This document shows, in pieces, positions 1 through 13,771 of a DNA stretch of 64,000 bases. The stretch lies in the NCBI RefSeq assembly GCF_006345805.1, contig NC_043014.1, forward strand, positions 37,572,001 through 37,636,000, written 5' to 3'. Under the pieces are notes generated by a model, which had not been told where the DNA came from, did no database searches, and saw nothing but the letters and a program-made list of their open reading frames with translations. Source of the stretch: Octopus sinensis (taxonomy: Eukaryota). Within the stretch, counting starts at the first letter, position 1. Each line of letters opens with the position of its first letter. Made by a program: the position numbers and the translations under genes.

Positions 1-82
1 CTTCTTTCCTGAGCATCCAATAATACTATATTTGTTCCACGTCCTCGCGTTGTTGTGTTTTTTTGTGCTTTCTTGTTTGGAT

Positions 83-139
<57 letters not shown>

Positions 140-168
140 TATATGTATGTATGTATATATACATATAT

Positions 169-205
<37 letters not shown>

Positions 206-370
206 CAAGAACAACATGCCAAAGAGAACTCAGTATATCTTTCTTTACACCAAGCACCTGAAGTGACATATCCTGCACTGATTGATGCAACACAACTAGA
301 TGCACAATATCCTACCCCTAAGGGACACCTGCAGGATGGGTTGAAATTATCATTGTGCTGAATAAAGATT

Positions 371-535
<165 letters not shown>

Positions 536-631
536 AATTAGGGAATATCAATTCCAGTGCCACAGGAATGAGACATTCAAATTTAAAAAAATGAATTACT
601 CTCAATAATTAATTCATATATATCAAAATAT

Positions 632-892
632 TGTTTGAGCTAGAAACACCCACAACTTCATCAACTCCAAATGATATTTACACAACCAAGCCATAAAATG
701 TTAAATAATATACTTACTATTTATATTCATGATCCCAATACCATACGAACCCTCATGAAACATGTGTAGTCCGTAATATGAAAACTTGGGATTTTGAATA
801 TAAATAGTAAGTTTATTGTTTAATATTTTATTTATGGCTTGGTTGAGTTAGTATCGTTTAGAGTTGATGAAGTTGTGGGTGCTTCTATCTCT

Positions 893-896
<4 letters not shown>
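632..896. repeat. foldback palindrome (arms about 106 bp)
   Basis: 632-737 is the imperfect reverse complement of 787-896. Confidence 0.8.
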
Positions 897-931
<35 letters not shown>

Positions 932-1841
932 GTTGCTAAAAAGCTTTCGTGAAGTAAAACCAAGTAGCAACACCAAATGGCGGTGCCCCAGCATGGCCAC
1001 AGCTCATGAGCTGAAACTAGAATCAATCAATCAATCAATCAATCAATCAGTACAAAGTAAGATAGGGGTTATGGGTGTAACCCACTATGGGATAGCATTT
1101 ATCCAATATATTGTTGATGAATAAATAATCCAACATTATAATACGATTCCAATATTTATGATGGACAGATGTAAAGTCAAGTAAAATGACTTGACTTGAT
1201 TTTTATTTTTCCATATATTATTTTTCAAACCCAACGTATAAATGAGAACAACTTAAGCCAAGGTATGCCTATATATATATAATATATATAAATTAGAGAA
1301 AAACCACTATTATGCAAATCAAACAATGATAGACATAAACCAAATCATAAATAAAAAATAAAATATATTTTAAAACATATAACTAGATCACAAAAAGTAC
1401 AAAAATGAAATTTGATTTAATACTAAATTAAATTTTTCCCTGTAAGTTTGGAGTTATACTCCCTAATATTATATATTAGGGAGTATAACTCCCCCACCTC
1501 CCCACAACATCACACCACACTACACTACACCATACAACATTACACATCACATCACAACACACCATTCACACACCCACACACCCATCCCCACATCTCCACA
1601 CCCACACATACATACACACACACATCCAGACCACCAGCCCTCTTTCACACGCACATACATTCTCTCTCTTATACACACACGCACCTTTGTGTTGGGGGCA
1701 CCTTTGTTTTGGAAGTCACTTGACCCTGTTATCTCCCCTACTGTCCTTCTCGCGTCTGACCACTGTCCGAAGTCAGGACGCCATGATAGATCGTTAGCTC
1801 CTACATGCATTTTTTTTTCTCTCCTTGTTTTTTTCTGTGTA

Positions 1842-1879
1842 TCTTTCTGTCGAAGAGCGTAGGCTCGACACGTAAAAGA
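1842..1879 (+). ncRNA. degenerate minimal type I hammerhead ribozyme motif
   Basis: TCTTT-CTGTCGA-A-GAGC(GTAG)GCTC-GACA-CG-TA-AAAGA: helices I and II intact, two core deviations. Confidence 0.55.
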
Positions 1880-1975
1880 CTTTTTCTATTTCTATTCCTG
1901 AGCGCTATACTAATACATTTGTTTGTTTGTACTCCACCTGCCTTCATCTTTTGTTTATTTTCGTAAACTTTCCCG

Positions 1976-2016
<41 letters not shown>

Positions 2017-2240
2017 GGAAATGAAGAAAATGCTGACAAAATAATTTAAGTAAGGGAGAGTGTATTTAATTAGGTGAAAGTTCTTTTTTTAAACAAAAAA
2101 AGAGAAAAATTGGGTTTTCTATATATATATATATAATATATATAATTGGGTTATATATATATATATAATGTGGCCTCGTGTGTACCGTTGGCGATTTTTT
2201 TTCCTCTGTCTTCCCTTCTCTGGATCTTTCCTTCTCCTAT

Positions 2241-2275
2241 GTTTCTGACGAAGAACTCCGCTCGAAACGTTAAAC
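2241..2275 (+). ncRNA. minimal type I hammerhead ribozyme motif
   Basis: GTTT-CTGACGA-A-GAAC(TCC)GCTC-GAAA-CG-TT-AAAC: intact core, helix I GTTT/AAAC, palindromic ACGT helix III. Confidence 0.75.
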
Positions 2276-2369
2276 CCTCCTTCTTTCCTTCTCTCCTGAG
2301 CGTCCAATAATACTATATTTGTTTCACGTCCTTGCGTTGTGTTTTTTTTGTGCTTTCTTGTTTGGATTA

Positions 2370-2408
<39 letters not shown>

Positions 2409-2466
2409 CATATTAATTCCATGGCTTCATTTTGAAATGCTTATCCATTTTTATCATTTAATACAG

Positions 2467-2533
2467 CTAACAGATGGTCAAAATTATGAAGATTACCAAA
2501 GAAGAGAGCAACTGTATTCTCCGGAAGAATTAG
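2467..2533 (+). CDS. CCDC66: exon A ([22 protein letters not shown]), phase 0 to 1
   Basis: Acceptor catttaatacag, donor TAG|gtgaat; phase fits next exon. Confidence 0.7.
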
Positions 2534-3411
2534 GTGAATAAAGCATATTTTCTTGAAGATATTTATTTCTACAGTCTGTGTGTCTGTATCACTAACCTAC
2601 ACAAGGTTATTGGTGAGCTGATGTAGCCTTTCTATGATAGCTCAGGCCTGCTAGAAATAGCAACCAGTTTGCCTTCAAACAACACCCTACTGTCTTAGCC
2701 CTTTAGCATTTAACTGGCCATATCAGGCCCAAATATTCTTTCTGTTTTATGTTCAAACCTGTCAGATCCAACCTTTCACACCCATTCTACAATGTCATTC
2801 CAAAAATAAACTATCACATCATCAAATGATGGGCTTATTTCAGTTCAAATCCACTCACAAGGCCTTGGTTGGCCTGAGGCTACAGTTGAAGACACTTGCC
2901 CAAGGTGCAACACAGTGGGACTGAACCCAGAACCATGTGGTTGTGAAGCAAGCTTATTACCACACAACTACGCCTGCGCCTATAATGTGAATGGGCAACC
3001 AATGCTGGGTAAGATAGTGCTGTGAGCTATGTTCTCAGTGGACTGGTGAGTGGGGGGTACCTGTACAGCAAAGCAAGTCTGATGAGAATATGGGATATGG
3101 TTCCTATGTCTTCCTCACATCGAGTTGTTAGGCTAGTTCTCAAGATTCTGGGTGACATGAAGGAAGTAAAAACAAAATAAAAGATTGAGATTAGTAGCAA
3201 TATGCTGTATTGTAGACACATCTAACTTATGCAAGAATGGAAACAGGATTTCAGAAAGCGATGATGATGGTGATAGTGGTGGTGCTGATGACGACGATGA
3301 TGATGACAGTGGTGATGGTGGTGGTGATAATAATAATGGTGGTGGCTGTGGCGGCGGCGGCGGCGGTGGTGGTGGTGGTGGTAGTGGTGGTGGTGATGAT
3401 GATATGTATGC

Positions 3412-3446
<35 letters not shown>

Positions 3447-4554
3447 TGCGTGTGTGAGCACATGCGTGCACATGTATGTGCATGTGTGAGAGTAATCGAA
3501 AAGAAATCAAGTTACAGAAAAGATTGCCAATTATTACATCATTAATAAATTATAAGTACAGTTGTTATAATGTTGATAATTAATTGATCATTGCTCAGCG
3601 ATTAATATTTATGAATTTGGGTGTGGGACTTTGGCTGTGTGGTAACTTCGTTATGCTAAGATACAAGTTATCTTAGTGGAAGATGTTTCAAACCTATGTA
3701 ACTGCATCGCTAACTTTCTCATCTATTTGACTCTACCTTTTCGTCTGTCTTTATGTTCTGAGTTCAAATTCTGCCGAGGTCGACTTTGCCTTTCATCCTT
3801 CCAGGGTCAATAAACTAAGTACCAGTCGCGTCCTGGGGTCAATCCCCCAAAATTTTGAGCCTTGTGCCTAGAGTAGAAGACATTATTATTTATCAATTTT
3901 CATTTATTATTTAATTAGTTTGTTCATTAATCTATTATTCTATACAGATCAGAAAAAAGAAGAGAAAAGCCCCAAAATACTCCATGAAGCGGGAAAACAC
4001 CAACAAGCAGAATCCAGCAGGATAGAATCTCCACCCGAGAGCTCAAGAACACACAAGTATAGTATATTATGTTAAGGCACATGGCTTTATGGTTAGGATA
4101 CTCAGCTCATGATCACAAGGTTGTGAGTTCAATTCCTGGTGACACATTCTGTTCTTCAGCAAGACACTTTATTTCCTGTTGCAGCAGTCCACTCAGCTGG
4201 CAAAAACGTGTAGTACCCGTATTTCAAAGGGCCAGCCTTGTCACGTTCTGGGTCATGCTGAATCTTTGTGAGAACTATGTTAACCCTTTCACATTTAAAC
4301 CGGCCATACCCAGCCAAAATATTCTACTTGCAAAATGTTCACATATTTTTCTTTTATTCTTTTACTTGTTTCAGTCATTTGACTGCGGCCATGCTGGAGC
4401 ACCGCCTTTAGTCGAGCAAATCGACCCCAGGACTTATTCTTTGTAAGCCCAGTACTTATTCTATCGTTCTCTTTTGCCGAACCGCTAAGTGACGAGGACA
4501 TAAACACACCAGCATCAGTTGTCAAGCAATGCTAGGGGGACAAACACAGACATA

Positions 4555-4612
<58 letters not shown>

Positions 4613-7280
4613 CACATATATACGACAGGCTTCTTTTAGTTTCCATCTACCAAATCCACTCACAAGGCATTGGTCGGCCCTGGGCTATAGCAGAAGACAC
4701 TTGCCCAAGATGTCACGCAGTGGGACTGAACCCGGAACCATGTGGCTGGTTAGCAAGCTACTTACCACACAGCCACTCCTGCACCTATTTTTTAATTCTT
4801 TTATTCTTTTATTCTTTTATATGTTTCAGTCATTTGACTGTGGCCATGCTGGAGCACTGCCTTTAGTCGAACAAGTTGACCTCAGGACTTATTTTCTGTA
4901 AGCCTAGTACTTATTATATCAGTCTCTTTGGCTGAACCGCTAAATTACGAGGACGTAAACACACCAACATCAGTTGTCGAGGGATGGTGGGGAGGTGGGG
5001 GACACAAACATAGACCACAAACATACACACACACACACGCACATATTGGCCTGCTCGCTTAGCCAACGGGGTGGCGTCATTGAAGGCTAAAACAATGCGA
5101 AGTGCATTGTGAACAGCGATGTGTAGCAACATCTGATGGCCTGGTTGGTCACGTGATCACGTGATATATCATCATCATCATCATCATTGTTTAATGTCTG
5201 CTTTCCATGCTAGCATGGGTTGGACGATTTTGACTGAGGGATGGCGAACCAGATGGCTGCACCAGGTTCCAATCTTGATCTGGCAGAGTTTCTACTGCTG
5301 GATGCCCTTCCTAACGCCAACCACTCTCAGTGTGTATTGGGTGCTTTTTATGTGCCACTGGCATGGGGACCAGTCAGGCGGTACTGGCAATGACCTCGCT
5401 CGAATCTTTTTACACATGCCACCGGCCCATATGCCAGTAAGGCGACGTTGGTAACGATCACGCTCGAATGGTGCCCTTTTACGTTCCACTGGCACAGAAG
5501 CTGGTTGGCCGCTCTGGCAACGATCACACTTGGATGATGCTTTTGGCACCCTATTAGCATGGGTACAAGTGCCAGTAAGGCGACGCTGGTAACGATCACA
5601 CTTGAATGGTACCTTTTATGTGCCACTGGTATGGAAGCTGGTTAGCCGCTCTGTCAACGATCACACTCGTATGGTGCTCTTTGCACCCCGCTAGCATGGA
5701 TGCCAGTCATCGAATTTGATTTTGATTTTGATTTCACTTGCCTCAACAGGTCTTCGCAAGCAGAGTTTAGTGTCCAAAGAAGGAAAAGGTACGCATAAGC
5801 GGGCTGGTTACGCTCCTGGCATAGGCCACAGGTTATGGTCTCATTTGGCTTGCCAGGTCTTCTCAAGCACAGCATATTTCCAAAAGTCTTGGTCTCTAGT
5901 CATTTCCTTGGTGAGGCCTAATGTATATATATATATATATATACACAAAACAGGCTTCTTTCAATTTCCATCTACTGAATCCACTCACAAGGCTTTGTTT
6001 GGTCGGCCGGAGGCTTTAGTAGAAGACAGTTGCCCAAGGTGTCACACAGTGGGATTGAACTAGGAACCATGTGGTTGGTAAGCAAGCTACTTACCTCACA
6101 GGCAGAGCTGATCTCTCACGCTTACCCTACAATGTCATTCTAAAACTAAACTATTACATCATCAAAATTTCAAGGCTAGGAGATCATGTATGATTATCTG
6201 AAAACAATACGAATGAATAGACATTACATCTGGCAGAGTAATTGTTTAGTCATTTAAATTGATCGCACTGCTTTTATTTTATGCCTGGTGCTTATTCTAT
6301 CAGTCTCTTTTGCTGAAATGCTAAGTTACAGGGATGTAAATGTAAACAAACCAACACTGGTTGTCAAGCAGTGGGGAGACAAACACACACATGTACAGAC
6401 ACACACGTACATACACGCACACATACACATGTACATACACACACATGTACACATACACACGCATTCACACATGCATACACACACACACACATACATGCAC
6501 ATACACACATGCTCTTCCCCTCTGGATAGGTAACTAAGTATCTCCTTTGCACCAGCACACCTGTTTCTGTCCTCTTTCTTGTTACCACTTCCCCTCTATC
6601 TGGCTGTGTAACCATGTACCTCCTCTACAACAAGACAAATGTTTCTGCCTCTCTGTGTCTCTTAGTATCCATAGGCATCAGGTATAACATTACTTTTATA
6701 TCACCTGAGGAAATGAATCTGTGAAGATGATCTATTCGATGCCCATCGATACTATGGGCTACCCTGCAATCATCCTAGAAATATGGACTGTGATCTTAAG
6801 AGACATGTAATTTGTGGTAACACCTGTTGTGATGCATTAAATTGATTATAAATTCCACCCAAGGATTATTGTTATTATTATATTTATCCTACGTTATATT
6901 GGTACAACTCGATACAACCCCCAAAAACTGGTTCACCAGTCAGTATCATTAGACTGTGGCCACCATAATGGAATAGGAGATTTATTTGCATATTCAAAAC
7001 GTTTCCCGTGAACAAATTTATAAGATATATATATATATTTAAGCATACACATATATATGTCTACTCTTTTATTCTTTTATTTGTTTCAGTCAGTTGACTG
7101 CGGCCATACTGGAGCACCGCCTTTAGTCGAGCAACTCGATCCTAGGACTTATTCTTTGTAAGCCCAGTACTTATTCTATTGGTCTCTTTTGCTGAACTGC
7201 TAAGTGACGGTGACATAAGCACACCAGCATTAGTTGTCAAGCTGTCAAGCAATGCTAGGGGGACAAACACAGACACACAA

Positions 7281-7354
<74 letters not shown>

Positions 7355-8237
7355 TATATATACATACACTTTCCCAGGATGCTGTGCAATGGGACTGAAC
7401 CCAAAGCCATATTGGTTGCGAAGCAAGTTTCTTAACCACACAGCCATGCTCATGCCTTGCTTGGTTTCATAAACAAACGAGAAATATTTTAATTCAAGAT
7501 TTATTTCCATTTATCTTCATTCAGGTCTCATCTGCGAGGGGCCCTTACCATTCACACGGATCCAATCACTCAGCAACAGCTTGAAGAGAAAAAACGCAAA
7601 AATCAAGAGCTGATGGTAATTTGTCTTTTACTGAATAGTTTACATAGTATGTTGTATGTATACAGGTTTTGTGTGTGTTTCTACATGCGTTTGTATGTGT
7701 TTGTGTGTATATGTTGATACTAATATATACTCATACTGTAGAAGTATTAGTAGTGTTGCTCAGGGCTGTTTTAGTAGTACAGTAGTACCCCGGTTTTCAA
7801 ACAATTCTTATCACATATGAATCGTGCTTTATCTCCTGTCTTTCTCATATTCATTTAATACAGTAGTACCTCAATTTACAAACGCCTCTGACCAAGAATA
7901 AATTGTACTTGATATATATATATGTATATTGTTTGTTCTTTCTTGAGCCACGCCTGGCTCATTAGGGCTGGTTTCCCGGTTTCCTTGGCCTATAGGTTCC
8001 CCACCTGGACGGGATGCTGGTCCATCGCAGGTGACCTGCAAGATGCAGGAGGAAAGAGTGAGAGAAAGTTGTGGCGAAAGAGTCAGCAGAAGTTTGCCAT
8101 TACCTTCTGCCGGAGGCGCGTGGAGCTTAGGTGTTTCACTCATAAACACACACATTGCCCGATCTGAGATTCAAACCTGCGATCCCTCAACTGCGAGTCC
8201 GCTGCTCCAACCACTAGGCCATGTGCCTCCACTATAA

Positions 8238-8311
<74 letters not shown>

Positions 8312-11300
8312 ATAATTTGTTCATGATCAGAGCTGTTTGAAAACCGAGGTACTACTGTATTATACTGTGTAACAAAATTATAATTTTTTTTTTCTCTTTG
8401 GTCAGTAAGTGTTATTTCTTATTTTCTATCTAGAAATCAAAGGAAATGACTACTATTCCCTTCAAACGTTGCTTTTGTGACCTGGCCATCAATGTTTTGA
8501 AACCAACTTAGTTCTATTACGTTTCAGACAGATTTGGTGCTGAGTTGCTGAAGCAGAAATATCACTGCAGCTAATATTCTGCTCAGTATCACAAATTTGC
8601 TTGTAAGTTGCTTGACCATAACTACTTGAGCATGTCCATTAGTGGCTGAAAATATGTGCATCTCCGATGATGAACAGGAGTTGTGGGAGGAACATTATAG
8701 CCATGTGTAGAGGTGGATTCTTTGGGGTTTGAATAAACGTAAAAAAAGCAAAGTTTGAAGGCAATATTAGTAATCTTTTATATTTTCTGGTGTTAAGCAA
8801 GTAGGAAATAACAGTTGCTACCCAAGGACAAAAATCATGTTACACAGTGTGATAGGCCTGAGGCAATCAATGCATTGAGTTCTACTGTGTATATTTATTA
8901 ATAGCAAGCCACAGTAAAGATTGGAATTGGACCCCTAGACCTGTAAGGCTCCTAGGAGACAGCCTGGTATGTCAATGCCTTATAATGACACTAGTATGGT
9001 TGATGTATGAAGATACAGACAATGGTGATTGTATTTTGTCTTTGTTGGTTTGGTCTAGAGGAAACGGGTTGTGTTCTTTGAGAAAGGTGGGTATCAATAT
9101 GGCCTGTGTTATTGAACAACTGCATGTTCACAGCTACAGGAAAATGTTAGGAAAGGAGGGGATTCCTGTGGGAGGATGTAATGTTCTGGGGAAGAAGGAT
9201 TGGAATGGTTGTTGGTATGAAGCCTAAAGAAGTAGACATTTCTCAGAAATGTATCATGCTAGGCATGATACATTCTGGTCTGTAACAGTGCTGTTGATGC
9301 AACACACAGACGTTCTAGTTTGCATTCAAATACAAAAATTAAAAAAGAAAGGAGTGGCTGTGTGGTAAGTAGCTTGTTTACCAACCACATGGTTCCGGGT
9401 TCAGTCTCACTGCGTGGCACCTTGAGCAACTGTCTTCTACTATAGCCTCGGGCCGACCAAAGCCTTGTTAGTGGATTTGGTAGACAGAAACTGAAAGAAG
9501 CCCGTCGTATATATATATATATATATATATATGCGTGTGTGTGTTTGTGTGTCTGTGTTTGTCCCCCTAGCATTGCTTGACAACTGATGCTGGTGTGTTT
9601 ATGTCCCCGTTACTTAGCGGTTCAGCAAAAGAGACCGATAGAATAAGTACTGGGCTTACAAAAGAATAAGTCCCAGGGTCGAGTTGCTCGATTAAAGGCA
9701 GTGCTCTAGCATGGCCACAGTCAAATGACTGAAACAAGTAAAAGAGTAAGAGTAAAGAGTAACTGATGAGCATGGATTCACATAATATCACATTCCAGCT
9801 TTTGGTCCACGGATGAGCAGACTTTCCACTCTGCCTTTTCTACTGATACAACAGTGACTTCTGCAACACAGAGCAGGCTGGTCACGTGTTACCTCTACTC
9901 AGGCAATTCTGGCTCATTCACCTCTCTTCCTCTTGTCCTGGTTCTTCGTGTGGTGAACTCAGGTCCCGCCGAGGTCAACTTTGCCTTTCGTCCTTTCAGG
10001 CTTGCTAATATAAAGTATCAGTCGAGTGCTGGAGTAGATAAAATAAAGTTCCAGTCAAGTAATAGGCTCCATATAATCATTTTACTCTTACACTAAAAGT
10101 TGCTGGCCTTGTGCCAAAATTAGATTTATAATAGGAGAAACATCGTGAATTAGTATATTTGTAGCTGAAAAATGTATGGGATTGGTAGAATGGTGAACAA
10201 AATACCCGGTAGTATTCAGTTACATCTCTATGTTTTAAGGTTGATAAAATAAAGACCAGTATGGAACTTTGTGTAGCTGATTATACCCATTCTCGAAATC
10301 TGTGGACTTTTTCTGGTGTAAATCATTAATTGTACAAAAACAAGTTATCTCCCTGGAAGAATATTATCTCCAGAGCAGTAAGAGTTATTTCCCCTGGCGA
10401 AAAGAGTCTTTACCTCCGTTGAAAGTGTTCGTTATCGCAAGAAATTTGCCACAACTGGAGTCGATGTAATTGACTTGCCCCTCCCCTCAAAACTACTGGC
10501 TATACGCTAACATCAGAAATAATTATTATTCTTGTTGTTGTTCTTATTGGTTTCAAATTTTGGTACAAGGCCAGCAAGTTAGAGGGAAGAGCACATGTCC
10601 TTTACATCGACATCCTACCCGCCCCGTGTTCAACTAATACTTATTCTATCGACCCCGAAAGGATGACAGACGAAGTCGACCTCGGCGAAATTTGAATTTA
10701 GAATGTAAAGACGGACGAAATGTCGCTAAGCATTTTTCCCGGCGTCCTAACGATTCTTATTTCTTATTTCTTTACTGCCCACAAGGGGCTACACACAGAG
10801 GGGACAAACAAGGACATACAAAGGGATTAAGTCGATTGCATCGACCCCAGTGCGTAACTGGTACTTATTTAATCGACCCCGAAAGGATGACAGACGAAGT
10901 CGACCTCGGCGAGATTTGAATTTAGAATGTAAAGACGGACGAAATGTCGCTAAGCATTTTTCCCGGCGTCCTAACGATTCTTATTTCTTATTTCTTTACT
11001 GCCCACAAGGGGCTACACACAGAGGGGACAAACAAGGACATACAAAGGGATTAAGTCGATTGCATCGACCCCAGTGCGTAACTGGTACTTATTTAATCGA
11101 CCCCGAAAGGATGAAAGGCAAAGTCGACCTCGGCGGAATTTGAACTCAGAACGTAGCGGCAGACGAAACACCACTAAGAATTTCGCCCGGCGTGCCAACG
11201 ATTCTTATTTCTTTATTGCCCACAAGGGGCTAAACATAGAGGGGACAAACAAGGACAGACAAAGGGATTAAGTCGATTATATCGACCCTAGTGCGAAAGG

Positions 11301-11914
11301 ATGAAAGGCAAAGTCGACCTCGGCGGAATTTGAACTCAGAACGCAGCGGCGGACGAAATACCACAAAGCATTTCGCCCGGCGTGCTAACGATGCTGCCAG
11401 CTCGCCGCCTTTGTTGATCTGGTTAATATATAGTTTTAACATCCGGTCAAATAAACAAAAAACAAAAAACATTCTAATAGGTGTGAAGAATGTGTAGAAA
11501 ACGAATATGAAAAGAAAAATTTGTGCAAACGAACGCGGTGGGGTAGGGATGGGAGAGGACTTTCGGAAAATTCTCACGATCTGATTTTTCCCATATAATG
11601 TCCAGGTAAATGGATATATATTTATGAAATTTTATAGAAATACTTTACAAATGGCATAGATTACGATTATTAAAATATTTTGAGGAAAATCGGGTCGTGT
11701 GAATTATCCGAAATTCGTTTACTCTTACTCTCTTTTACTCTTTTACTTGTTTCAGTCATTTGACTTCTGCGGCCATGCTGGAGCACCGCCTTTAGTCGAG
11801 GAAATCGACCCCAAGACTTATTCTCTCGGTCTCTTTTGCCGAACCGCTAAGTTACGGCGACGTAAACACACCAGCATCGGTTGTCAAGCGATGTTGGGGG
11901 GGGGCACAGACACA

Positions 11915-11992
<78 letters not shown>

Positions 11993-13718
11993 GATATATA
12001 TGACGAGCTTCTTTTCAGTTTCTGTCTACCAAATCCACTCACAAGGCTTTGGTCGACCCGAGGCTATAATAGAAGACACTTGCCCAAGATGCCACGCGGT
12101 GGGACTGAACCCGGAACCATGTGGTTGGTAAGCGAGCTACTTACTCCTGCGCCTAAATTTTTTCATATTCGTTTTCTCTGCATTCTTTCACGCTTACTAG
12201 AGTGTTTTTATTTTATTTTTTTGCTTTGGTGACCGGTTGTTAAACTATATATTAACCGTTGTTCTTATTTACGTTAGTTTATGATGGGTGTAATATTCTA
12301 TGTGTACTGAGTTTATGAGCTTTTATGAATTTTATTGCCTTGGAAGAATATTTTGAACAATGGAGAGAAGTGAAGCAGTAAGAGTTATTTCCCTTGGCAG
12401 TATCTTCTGTTGAAAAGATTCATTATAACTGGAAATCCTTAGATTTTTCGGATCTTTTTGGTTTGAACGGCAGTTTTTTCTAGCGGTGTCATATGAAATT
12501 GTCACCCATAATTATGACCCTAGTATCGATCTATTGCATTTCAATCTGTTTTAGGGTTAGGGGTGGGGGGAAGGGTATCTTTTTTTTTCTTCAGAAATAT
12601 AAATAAACCCAATCTGTTTCTTAAACGAGGGGCATATTCATACGGCACAGAATGTTTTTTTTACCTCAATAGACGTCAGTGATTGGTTAAAATTGCAGAA
12701 ATTGAAGAAAAAAAAACAACAAATATCTTACAAACTATAGAATTTTCTCAATAAAGCCAAGAGAAAAAGATGTTTTATAAACACATTCTACCAGTATACG
12801 AAGTTTAAAATTTTTTAGTTACCTAGAAATTATGTTAAAAACTGCCGTTCAAACCGAAAAGACCCGATTTTTCCATGAACGTATACGTCTTTCTCATAAT
12901 CTTTTCTGTATGTACAGTTTTACGTAACATGGAAGGGTGGTTAAAAAATGCGCTCTGCAACTATGAGGTTCTGGGTTCAGTCTCACTGCGAAATAACTTG
13001 GGCGAGTGTCTTGCCTCATAAATATTTTTTTCTTAATCGTACGGATTTCTGTGTGTAGAACACAAATTCGCATAAATTTTCTGAAAATTCCAATTGGTAA
13101 AAGTTACGAGAAGTTATATGGGGTGCTTAAACTAGAATTCCGTCAGGGAAATAAGTGAAAGCTACTTAAGAATGAGCGATAGTGGTAAGGAATGGGTGAG
13201 AATTGATTTGAGAAAATTACCCTGAAATCAGTCAAATAAATAAATTGGTAGCATTCGTTGCATTTTGATGCCAGTTGGAACTAAAAGCCCAGATTGATGA
13301 ACAGAAGAAAGCCAAAGAACTACAGTGGAAACAGAAGCAGCTGGAAGATGCTGAAGCTGAACGAAAGATGCTGGAAGAGCAGAAGATATTACAAAAGCTT
13401 CATGAAACAGAGATTCAGTTGGAGAAAAAGAAAAAGGTGAGTATATAAGTTCTTAACATTAACATCTAACACATTTACTTCCTTCACTGTGGGGTAACCC
13501 TCCACAATGTAATTTCTAGAAATAGCAGCTAAATTTTCCTCAAAGTAAATCATAGGCGCAGGAGTGGCTGTGTGGTAAGTAGCTTGTTTACCAACCACAT
13601 GGTTTCGAGTTCAGTCCTGCTGTGTGGCACCTTGGGCAAGTGTCTTCTACTATAGCCTCGGGCCGACCAAAGCCTTGTGAGTGGATTTGGTAGACGGAAA
13701 CTGAAAAGAAGCCCATCG

Positions 13719-13771
<53 letters not shown>

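Noticed and set aside
143-361. YEQEQHAKENSVYL... open frame as a further CCDC66 exon
   Set aside because: No acceptor (it is preceded by a TA tract) and no convincing donor; likely a repeat fragment
11699-12232. 177-aa ORF and the many similar [27 protein letters not shown] ORFs
   Set aside because: Recurrent translations of the composite SINE consensus
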